Shown: positions 53,395 to 64,000 of the stretch, in pieces
Position numbering within the stretch: position 1 is the first letter of the stretch
How the letters are laid out: every line of letters starts with the position of its first letter
Assembly (NCBI GenBank): GCA_951406725.2
Contig: OX597822.1
Coordinates: 108,190,001 to 108,254,000, forward strand
Source of the DNA: Octopus vulgaris
Lineage: Eukaryota
Direction: 5' to 3'
Length of the DNA stretch: 64,000 nt
The notes under the pieces: generated by a model
Seen by the model: the letters and a program-made list of their open reading frames with translations, nothing else
What the model was told of the DNA's origin: nothing
The model's database searches: none
Translations under genes and position numbers: made by a program

Positions 53395-53429
53395 CACGCA
53401 TAAACTAAAAACAGAACACAAAGGATATC

Positions 53430-53520
53430 GCGATACATGTGTTTCAATCTTTATAAACAATCTGTTATTACATCAGTATATTATTTATATAAAAGATGGT
53501 TTAAAGCTATCTTCAGCCGC
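53430..53520 (-). ncRNA. Minimal hammerhead ribozyme
   Basis: Stem I GCGG/TCGC; CTGAAGA; stem II CTTTA/TAAAG; GAAA-C-ACAT-G-TA. Confidence 0.65.
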
Positions 53521-53835
53521 AAACATTGTTAGTCCAAAGATTACATCACAAAATAAAAAAGTACACGTAGTATTACCCATTATAATAGGTTTATGATATC
53601 TCCTTGCAAAAGTATATTTGTATAAAGGTTCGTTGGATTTAAAAAATCTGCCCATACTGTAGCACCTTTGAGCATAGTGTGAATGTTAGATAGATTTGAT
53701 TGAGTTTATAATTAATTAGCGTGTATAAGAGAGAAAGAAAAAAAATCAAAGTTAAAAAATAAAGTAAGAAATAAAAGTAATAGAAACAAAAGACAAGAGT
53801 AATAAAAGTAAAAATAGAGATAATAAAAGTAAAAA

Positions 53836-54230
53836 TCTTTATATATAAAAGTGAAGTCGTGTGTCTGTATCCTACGATTTAGATTCCTAAATACTCCCAG
53901 ATTTTGCGGTGCAGTTTAACCAAAAGCGGGTATCTTATAGTCGTGATTCATATCGAGCCCTTCTGGGTATTAGCGCACGTCTACGATGAGTCTACGATTT
54001 AAAAGAAATTACCATCATTTTTTCGATTTTAATGCATTTTTTTCGCTATTATATAAGGGAAGTAACTCTCTAGAAATGTCTACGATGAGTCAACGATTTT
54101 TAAAAAAAATTACCATCATTTTTTTCCATTTTTAATGCATTTTTTTGCTACTTTTTGGCTATAACTCTCTAAAAATGCTTATATAGTTATTTCCCTTACA
54201 AACCCGAGCAACGCTGGGCGATACTGCTAG
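53836..54230 (+). mobile_element. Non-autonomous Helitron-type element
   Basis: A|TC start; CCCGAGCAACGCTGGG hairpin; CTAG|T end; internal duplication; homolog of 25969-26352. Confidence 0.88.
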
Positions 54231-54556
54231 TAAGGATAATAAAAGTAAAAATAAGGATAATAAAGTGAGATACACTTATAGATAAGATTCAGCAAAATCG
54301 GAATAAAGTAACAAAAGAAAAAAAAACAAAAAAAACTAAGAAATGAAAACATGAAGTAGAATAAGAGATAAAGAGATAAGATACTGTAGGGCTGTGAACA
54401 GGATTTTGGCTTTGATGAGATGGTAGCGGTCATACATAATTTCTTAGTTTGACCACTCGCTGAATTATAGATTAAGGTTGTAATTTGATATCATTGTGAT
54501 GAATGGTCAGTTTACCCAAACTCACCAATAAAAATTACTAGCTTTATAAATTTATA

Positions 54557-54605
<49 letters not shown>

Positions 54606-54607
<2 letters not shown>

Positions 54608-54770
54608 CGCAGGAGTGGCTGTGTGGTAAGCATCTTGCTAACCAACCACATGGTTGCGGGTTCGGTCCAACTGCGTGGCATCTTGGGCAAGTGTCCTCTG
54701 CTATAGCCTCGGGCCGACCAAAGCCTTGTGAGTGGATTTGGTAGACGGAAACTGAAAGAAGCCCGTCGTT
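54606..54770 (+). mobile_element. SINE family A head, ending at the internal (TA)n
   Basis: Closely matches 11629-11790. Confidence 0.9.
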
Positions 54771-54778
54771 ATATATGT

Positions 54779-54809
<31 letters not shown>

Positions 54810-54892
54810 AATATATATATATGAAAGTAAATATATGGCACAACGAAGTACCAATATTTACTGGAAATAGCGAAAGTAATAATACGACGCTA

Positions 54893-54976
<84 letters not shown>

Positions 54977-55285
54977 ATACGCACGCACTCATAGAGATGC
55001 ATATGCTAACATGCTCGAGCTTATACAAGTACGCCTCATTATGCAGAGCTTTAAATACATGAATCTATTCATACATTCCCACACATATCTACAGTTACAC
55101 CCTAGTAAACATATACATATATTAATATATCCTTAAGCACACGTACAGATATATATATATCCATGTATAGTATCCGTATACACTCACACACGTCCATCCA
55201 TGTATACACTCATACAATACACCTTACAAGTGCATATCTTGTTTTTGAGTAGTAACAGTTATATTTAATCTATTATTCTCAATAG

Positions 55286-55521
55286 CTTAAGGAGGCGAGC
55301 TGGCAGAAACGTTAGCACGCCGGGCGAAATGCGTTGCCGTATTTCGTCTGCCGTTACGTTCCGAGTTCAAATTCCTCCGAGGTCGACTTTGCCTTTCATC
55401 CTTCCGGGGTCGATAAATTAAGTAGCAGTTACGCACTGGGGTCGATGTAATCGACTTAATCCCTTTGTCTGTCCTTGTTTGTCTCCTCTGTGTTTAACCC
55501 CTACTGGGTAGTAAAGAAATA
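55286..55521 (+). mobile_element. SINE family C with 12 bp TSD (Nin/Deu-domain-like core)
   Basis: Box B-like GAGTTCAAATT; GCCTTTCATCCTTCCGGGGTCGATAAATTAAGTA; TSD TATTCTCAATAG at 55274-55285 and 55522-55533. Confidence 0.88.
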
Positions 55522-56224
55522 TATTCTCAATAGATTAAGTTCCATATATTTTAAAGTTGTTTAAAATGTTTTTTAGATCTGTTAATGACAAATCTAATAG
55601 GCCTGGTATTAACTAACAACAAGTTGAATTGAGGGATGATCAATAATGGAAATGATTTGAAAAGAAATGAAATATATATAAGAGATAAAAGGGAGTAGCA
55701 AATTAAGAATAAATGAAGTAATTGATATAGAGATATAAGGTTCTATATGAATAGAGTTAGGTAAGAATCATAAAAAAAAATAGAGTTTTGCAAGAATCAT
55801 TTTGTAAGAGAATAATAGTGAAAGAGCATTAGAAGTAGTAAAAATGCTGGCAGAATAAACTGGTGATATTAGAAAGATATAAGATATCAAAAATTTATAA
55901 AAATTCGTCAAATATATTTGGAAATGTACAAAAGATATCTGATACGATACATAAAAAGATAAATAATAATAGGTTGCAAAGAGGTAAATAGCAATGTGAA
56001 AATGTAAAGTATAAAATAAAATGAAATGAAAATTATGTTGGAATTAAAAATAAAATATTAAGTAAAATTATAATAATAGTAATAATTTAATAATATAATA
56101 GTAATAATATAGTGATTGGAAAATATAATGAGAGGAGAGATTTCAAGTCTATCCACTTGTGTAAATTATACTCCTATTTTAATTATTTAGGAAGTGTTAT
56201 ATGAAGTTTATATGAATTATATAA

Positions 56225-56302
<78 letters not shown>

Positions 56303-56322
56303 ATATACATATTTATACATAC

Positions 56323-56372
<50 letters not shown>

Positions 56373-56700
56373 ACATACGTATATATATATATAAAATTAG
56401 CTCTGAATTTGAATTATTAGGTTGCAGAAAAATTTTTGCATCGAAATATTCTGCTAAATATAGGAAAAACTTTAAAATATTTCAATGGTAAATATGGAAA
56501 AAAGACTTAAATATTTCAATCGTAAATAACCCATTAATTGTAAAAGCTTTTCCTATAATCTAATAAGCATATTTTTTCTAAAAATTGCTTCAGAATATTT
56601 GATAGATAAGTAATTATATTTTACACTTACAATAGAAACGACCGTCCTTAACGCATGGTGTAATCATCACATTGAAATGTTTTCCTAATTCTTGTTCGTG

Positions 56701-56752
<52 letters not shown>

Positions 56753-56942
56753 AGATAGGGGTTTCAAATTCAACCCTCCATGGGATAACATGTATCCAAT
56801 ATACTGCTAGTAAAGTACCCAACAAAGTTAATACATACATGTTAAGAATTGCGATGCATTTAACTCATTTACTGTATTAAATGGGCAAAGGTATGTACCC
56901 ACACTTATATGAGTATATATGTAATTTGGTTTATACTTTAGA

Positions 56943-57069
56943 ATCTCTGAAGAGGCCTTAAGATATCTTTGTAAATGCCTCATCTTTAACTTCATATTGA
57001 CATACTATACTTGGCTAATATAAGTAAAATGAGGCATATTTATCTGCATGGACGAAACAGCTGTAAGAT
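56943..57069 (+). ncRNA. Hammerhead ribozyme with extended stem II
   Basis: Stem I ATCT/AGAT; CTGAAGA; GGCC/GGAC plus ATGCCTCAT/ATGAGGCAT; GAAA-C-AGCT-G-TA. Confidence 0.72.
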
Positions 57070-57268
57070 ATAGTGTATATTTATATTATATCTATTTATA
57101 TTTATTTATTTATATCCTCTTATAATGATTATACTTATTGTATTGTATTACTCATTCATGTACGCTGTTTTGTTATATTTTTTTATGTAGTGGTTTAATA
57201 AAGTATGTGATTGGGTATTATCTGGTAGTTGATAAATGATTTAGATGTATTTCTCCATTTTCTTATTT

Positions 57269-57351
<83 letters not shown>

Positions 57352-57352
57352 A

Positions 57353-58063
57353 TAATAGAAAATGGGACAAGAAAGCAAAACATCCAGACATTTAGGTGAT
57401 GCAAACAACGGACAACAAAACATCCAGTTAGACGATACAAAGAAAACGAGGACGGTCATTCGGAGATATTTTTCCTCAGTTGAGCTCCAGATTATCTTTG
57501 CAGTTTCGACTGGTTAAACTCGAGATTGCTCCAATCTGGCTAACCTCAAGGAGAAACTAAGCTAAGAGAGTTAGATTCCTTGGAAGAAAGCAGCGAATGT
57601 ATACGAAATCAAGGACGGAAAAACGGAGAATGTTACACAAATACAAATAACAGGACATAACAACTGGTGTATTTCGACTAAGCTCGAAGTAAATTAAGCT
57701 GGCGTGTGTGCAAATGAAGCCTTACGGCAGGAATAGAAGATTACTCAGACACTAGGACGACGACTGAACAAAGAGAGAGAGATCAGGCTTGGCCGAACAC
57801 CGGTCACATGGGGAGAGAAGAGAGAGTGGTAGAGGCAGAGGGACAGAAGAATTAAGGAGGGACGAGATAAAATGACAGGAACACAGTGAAATGAAAAGAG
57901 GAGGGAAAATGAGCAAGAAGAGAAGGGGGGAATTAGAAAGGGAGAACGAAGTGTGGAATGAACGAATAAGCGTGAAAGAGCTGATAGAAAGAAAGAATAG
58001 ATTCGTACAAGATTTAGATAATTATATACTTACATGAAAGAGACCAAATTGCACGTACGCCGT
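57353..58063 (-). mobile_element. Repeat family X, copy 3
   Basis: Homologous to 13927-14737 and 40420-40950; microsatellite flanks. Confidence 0.75.
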
Positions 58064-58078
58064 TATATATGTATGTAT

Positions 58079-58139
<61 letters not shown>

Positions 58140-58289
58140 AATATAAGATAGGGCCCACTATGTGGACGCTCTTGCGCTAAAAATAGATCCGCAATGGTCT
58201 CAACCACCAAGAATTGTTCCCAAGGAGAATTAGCACGATATTATTAAATTAATATCCAATTCTTTCACCCTTATTTTTTATATAAACTT

Positions 58290-58625
58290 AGATAAACTTA
58301 GATGTGTTTCGACCAATGATTGGTCCAGGCCATGTCTAACTTAATAGCACCACCTGATAGGATTATTTGAATCCTGTTTAAATCAAGTTTTGCTTATGGT
58401 CCATTCAAGTAGTGAGTTTTTGTTGGGTGAGTTGTATGCTGTGATCTTGAATTGGGCAGGGGACGTATGGACCGTTGTCCCAGTCTTGGATGAACCTTGA
58501 AGCTTATGTTCAGGTCGTTTGGGCAAAATTGGCGGTATATTCTCCACATCGTACAAATGATCTACCGCTCACGGCGACGCTGGAGAGAGTAGAGTTTCAA
58601 GGTTTTAAGGCGATCCCAATAATCG
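58290..58625 (-). mobile_element. LINE family B 3' fragment
   Basis: Minus strand YWDRLKTLKLYSLQRRRER; terminus GGTGGTGCTATTAAGTTAGACATGGCCTGGACCAAT. Confidence 0.85.
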
Positions 58626-58635
58626 AGAGCAGCCA

Positions 58636-58690
<55 letters not shown>

Positions 58691-60234
58691 ATTTTAATGT
58701 AATGATTGCAGCCACTGTTTGTTGGTAATTTCCTTGTAACGGCAGAAATAGAAGCACAATCTGACGATCATCAGTGCAATGCCCAAACCGCCAGGCTACA
58801 CGCCTTCACAGATCAGTGTAATGAAAATACATAAAATCATCGTTCTTGTACTCCATATCCTTTTACTCCACCTCGTTGTCGTCATTGTCGTCGTCATCAT
58901 TATCATCATCATCACCAACAGTAATATCTCTTATTTGATTACGATGGATAATATTGATACGTTAAGGGGTAATGTTAAGTCACGATCCTTTATTAATCTA
59001 TATTTACGTATGAGTAAAAGGTATCACTAACAACGTTACTAGCTTCATCAATAGTAAAGTCTTCCTCTTAATTACTCCTTTTTCTTTCATAGCAAAGATA
59101 ACAGGCCAGTAGCATGTTAAACATTATGCGCAAGTAATCTAATTATAGTTTACGTATGAATAATAACCGTCTGCCAAAGACGAAATAAAACTTGTACTTC
59201 AAACGGTGCATGTGTATTAGGAAAATGATGTGAATTGATTTTTTTGGATTATAATTATGGTATGTGAAGTATCAAATCTGATATATTGAATGTTATTAAT
59301 TGGTTAATATAAAGACAACGATAACTAGAGATCAAGTAGGTACACTTTATAGCTTAAACAAAATATGTTATCAGGATATCGACATTAACTGTATTAGGCG
59401 TCAATTTGGCAGATTGTTAGAAATTTGGTCGTAATAGCGAACAACATTTCTTCCAGCTGATTGCGTTCTGAGTTTAAATTCCGTTGAGGGCTACCATGTT
59501 TTTAATCCGTCCATAATCGATAATTAATTTAGAGTGCAGGGTTTGCAGAAACTTTACAGCGTCGGAATCTAAGCGTGAATTATATTTATTTCTTTTGCTT
59601 TCTGTGATCAAATGCCTTCATGGCCTACATTAGTGATGCGTTTAATACGTCATTCCATTTCACGCCCCAGTCTGGGACCTTGGGTGCCAGAATATTCCAA
59701 GCATTCTGGTCATTTCTTTTGTTAACTTCTAACTTCGATTCCCAACCGCCCTAGCGAATCTGAAAATTGTCATGCATATTGCCCTCATTTCCGAATAAGT
59801 GAAAAGTATGTGCGACAGGAGATTTCAAAATAGTGACGAATTTCTTCTAAATGATTATGAATATTATTACTATAACTACTCAGATGTAGTGAAACCTTTC
59901 ACTGGTAGAGAGAATGAATTTATAAATACACATGATAATAAGTATGTTTAGATATGCATTTATTCATTATTATACAACACATCCGCAACGGGCCTATGAA
60001 GTAATTCAGCCTGAATACGTCTTCTGGGCGTCTGTAGTCGTTAGGCAGCATGATAATTATCAATCCTTCTATGTAACCATTAAGAAATAGTTGCGTAATT
60101 TCCGGAAGTACTCATTCTACCATTACAAAATGAAACGGGCACAATAAATTATACATTACTTCTAAAAACAGTCGGGGTGGTCAGTACTGGATGAAAGTTA
60201 TTAATAAGTATAATTAAGGCACACCTGAAATATT

Positions 60235-60800
60235 TTGGGTTGTACGGAAAGTTCGTGCTGATTTATAGTAGCTTACCTTTCGACTTATTTTAGAACATGG
60301 TTGGGTCCATAAAATAGGATTTGACTACACCTTTATTTAGAGCACAGTTTAAGCGATCTTTTCGTGGAAGAAGGTTTATGTTCCTAAAATCTGTGTTTAT
60401 TTTGTAACCGTTTAAAATGGAAGTTAAGAAACTTCATTTTCGGCACTTCATGCATTGGGAACTAGACAAAAATTGCTGCAGTTCGGCTAGGATGTGTTAC
60501 TTCACCCTCCATTTTCACCAGATATTGTTCCTTTGTATTTCCACTTATTCAGGTCCCTGCAGAATAGACTTAATGGTGAAAATTTCAATTCCTTGTATGA
60601 CGTAAAATGATACCTTGATGAATTCTTTGCCATGAAACCACCTCAATTCTGTGAAGAGGGTATTTTCAATTTAAAGGAAAAGTGGAGACGCATTGTCCAA
60701 CAACATGGCTCATATTTGGTTGATTAAAAATGTAATACTAAGTATTTATTAAAATTTCTGTTTCCCTTAAAAATCGGCACGAACTTTTCGGACAACCCAA
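60235..60800 (+). mobile_element. Internally deleted mariner with ~30 bp TIRs
   Basis: TTGGGTTGTACGGAAAGTTCGTGCTGATTT / AAATCGGCACGAACTTTTCGGACAACCCAA-TA; MEVKKLHFRH start; HPPFSPDI..HLFRSLQN (YSPDL motif). Confidence 0.9.
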
Positions 60801-60924
60801 TATAACAAAATGAAAGCAACAGTAATAATAATAGCCACAACAGATAGATCGTTCGAAAATAGGCAACTACGCCTCTCTCTCCCCACTCTCTTTCTCCTCC
60901 GTCTTTCTCTCCCCGTCTCTCTCT

Positions 60925-60962
<38 letters not shown>

Positions 60963-61029
60963 GTGTGTGTGTATGTGTATGTGTATGTGTGTGTGTGTTA
61001 CTTTAAGATGCTATGCTTCACAGACCATA

Positions 61030-61330
61030 TTAAACTGAAAAGCAGTATATGCGAACATGTAAGGTAGGAATGCAGAATAAATTATTAAAGAGGCATATGT
61101 AATAATAAAGAATACAACAATGAAAGATGAAAACACGATAAAGAGTGGGATTGAATAGTGACATATAGGATTTTGATGGAGATGAGATTGCTGATGTAAG
61201 AAGATTATGTCTAATATAATTATCATATATCAGTCTTGGGTTTGTTGCTATGTTCTTTGAGTCAGAAGAATGGAATTTAGAGAGAAAACCTAGATTCCAT
61301 GAGATTATCTCTGTGGAATATCGGAGTTTA
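61030..61330 (+). mobile_element. Possible PLE GIY-YIG relic
   Basis: KLKSSICEHVR..SG..ESEEWNLERK relics. Confidence 0.3.
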
Positions 61331-62412
61331 TCAAATACCATGAAAAATATAAAGACGAGCGTTACAATAGTGAATGTACAGAAACCTAAGTTTCAAATGA
61401 ATATCTAGGAAAATATATCTAATACGGGACGAGATAAAAACTGAGACGGATATCACTATCAGATGTATATACAAGAAAAATTCAAATTATTCATAACTCT
61501 ATCGAGCGTGAGGGCGACCGAAGATTTCGCCTCCATATGATGCAGCAAAACAGGTAAGGTACACAGAGACACAGACACACAGATACACAGATACACAACC
61601 CCCCACACACGCACGCACAAACACACCCACGCACACACACACGTGCGCACACTCACACGTGCGCACACTCACACAAATACATATTTGTTTGAAGTGGGAA
61701 GTGATAGATAACAACGCATCGAAATCTTCCCTTGTTAAAAAATATGCTTGCAAATGTTCCATTAGTATTATTGACATTACGTATATAAACATAAAACAAG
61801 AAAGATACAACAATGAAATGCATGGTTTCATCTACAATACAAAACATGTACATGCTCTAAGATAGAAAGCAAACATTTAATACATAATGCTAAATTCATA
61901 TGACTTCCATTTGACAACAGTTTTCGTAATAATAAGGCATTGAACAAATTCATCTTCGTCATTGCAACCATGATGAGTAAATATAATTGAAAACATATTG
62001 CTATACGAACGTATCAAGACAAGAAGAGGAACCACACATTTCTTACGTTTAGGCTCCAAATATACATTTTGTCCTTCATATATAATGCCCAGCATCTCAC
62101 AAACATTACACTCTAGAAAGTATGTGTGGTATATGTATATGTATATATATATACATATATATGTGTGTGTGTAAGTATAAATATATATGATTTTTTCACC
62201 GTCATTTTGATTTTAATTCTAAATTAATATGTTCTCAAATCGGCGTAAAATACTGCAATGAATTATTTCTGCAGTATTTATTTCCCGTAACGTGGCGCGC
62301 TAGAACGAGGGCATTTGAATATAACTGTGAATATAATAGGCCGTACTACTCGTATTTTTGACCTAGTGTTAATATCTGGCGTGCAGTTCGACAAATTATA
62401 TTTTATGATGGA

Positions 62413-62487
62413 CCTCACTGATGATCTGCAAATTAATTGTGTAAGTAAAATTGCATAAATTATTAACAGTGAAACAATTGTATGGGG
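62413..62487 (+). ncRNA. Minimal hammerhead ribozyme with intact core
   Basis: Stem I CCTCA/TGGGG; CTGATGA; T-CTG..CAG-T; GAAA; C-AATT-G palindromic loop; GUA site. Confidence 0.8.
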
Positions 62488-62638
62488 TTAATCTATATTT
62501 TTGTTATTTTTCATTTGTCCTGCTCGCTTACGTTCATAGTATGCTAAATGTTTCTTGAGAGCAATTCTTAGTGGTTGAGACTCATGCGGATCTCTCTTTA
62601 GCGTAAGTGCGTCCACATAGTGGATTCTCTCTCATATT

Positions 62639-62681
<43 letters not shown>

Positions 62682-62702
62682 CTGTGTGTGTGTATGTGTA
62701 TA

Positions 62703-62870
62703 GGGTTAATCGAAATATGAAAACACGAAGAGAAAACACAACAACGCGAGAACGTGGAACAAGTATAGTGTTTCCAGCGCAGCTATTCGTCAGAAATATA
62801 GACAAAGGAAAGACCCAAGGAAGGGAAGACGGAGGAAAAGAATCGCCAACGATTCACACGCGGTCACATC
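62703..62870 (-). mobile_element. Mini-element family H2, internally deleted copy
   Basis: Matches both ends of 52627-52837. Confidence 0.75.
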
Positions 62871-63821
62871 ACATACATGTATGTATACATGCATATATAT
62901 ATATTGCAAGTGCTTTAGTTTAAGACAATGATGTGTAAAACATTTATAATGCAGATGCAAAGGTTGAACGGTGCTGTAGTATTTCTGCAGGGAAAATAGT
63001 GATGAGTAGTTTTCTTTGGAACAAAATAAAAAATTAATAATTAAGTAAGAATTCAAACATATATCTCGCTCAGGATGTCGTTGACAGGTCGGTAAAATGG
63101 TTCTTTGGAAATCTTTTGGTGTTTTTCATGAAAAATCTTTCACTGCTGTCATCTTGAGCTAACCGAAAAAGCTTGATCCATTTAGAAATGTGCGAAGTAA
63201 AAGATCATTTTGCCTGCAAGCAGGTCTTTCATATAACATATACATATAATATATAACAACATAACGGAATATAAAAAGATATGATATGTGATATAATATA
63301 ATATTATATAGAATAATATAATATAATATAATACAATATAATATAATATAATATAATATAATATAATATAATATAATAGATATATAATTTTTATGAAAAT
63401 ATGATATACTATAGAATGATGTTGCTTTAAATCTGTGAAGGGTTATCTGTTTTCTGTATTTCCAATTCACGACAGCTACTATATGAATAATTTTATCAAA
63501 AAATATATATATTCTGCCCAACATGAAATCTGTGTGTAATTTCTTTTTTTTTATACTGAATATGTATATATGTATGAATGTATGTATGTATGTACGTACG
63601 TCTGTCCGTATATAAGTATGTATATATGTATGTATATATGTATATGGTGAGGCAAACAGCATATATAAACAGTAAAATAGAATTCAAAATATGAGTATGT
63701 GCTGTGCTATTAATAATTAGCATACGCTACAGTGAAACAAAGGCGGGGAGTTAGTGCATTGGTACTTGTAAAAATGCCAACGAATAAATCTTTCGGTCCT
63801 TGACTATCTCTGAGAAAAGCG

Positions 63822-63919
<98 letters not shown>

Positions 63920-63932
63920 AATCTTAAATATT

Positions 63933-64000
63933 TTTCGACCAGAGATTGGTCCAGGCCATGTCTTACTTAATAGCACCACCTGACAGGATTATCTGAATCC
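63933..64000 (-). mobile_element. LINE family B 3' end (runs off the window)
   Basis: Matches 58305-58373. Confidence 0.8.

Overview
AT-rich, microsatellite-saturated animal DNA with no host gene that I can support. The SINE, LINE and microsatellite makeup suggests an octopus or other coleoid cephalopod (inference). Almost all ORFs in the track are (TA)n, (CA)n or (CTAT)n artefacts. Real content: (1) A near-intact ~5.5 kb CR1/Jockey-group LINE (46.6-52.2 kb, minus strand). Its ORF1 looks like a Myb/SANT-trihelix plus CCCH zinc-finger protein, ORF2 is APE+RT with one late nonsense codon, and a 1.5 kb tandem array lies 5' of ORF1. (2) Many Penelope-like elements (PLEs) and derivatives, four of them fold-back palindromes. 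(3) About 11 well-formed and several decayed minimal hammerhead-ribozyme motifs, read by eye, mostly with palindromic stem/loop III. (4) Tx1/L1, Dong/R4 and second-family CR1 fragments, often inside or beside a simple repeat. (5) Three tRNA-SINE families, one sharing a covarying 3' stem-loop with the long LINE. (6) Two deleted mariners and two Helitron-type elements. (7) A 70/71-identical inverted local copy that looks like a templated insertion. All alignments and folds were done by eye; boundaries of decayed relics are approximate.
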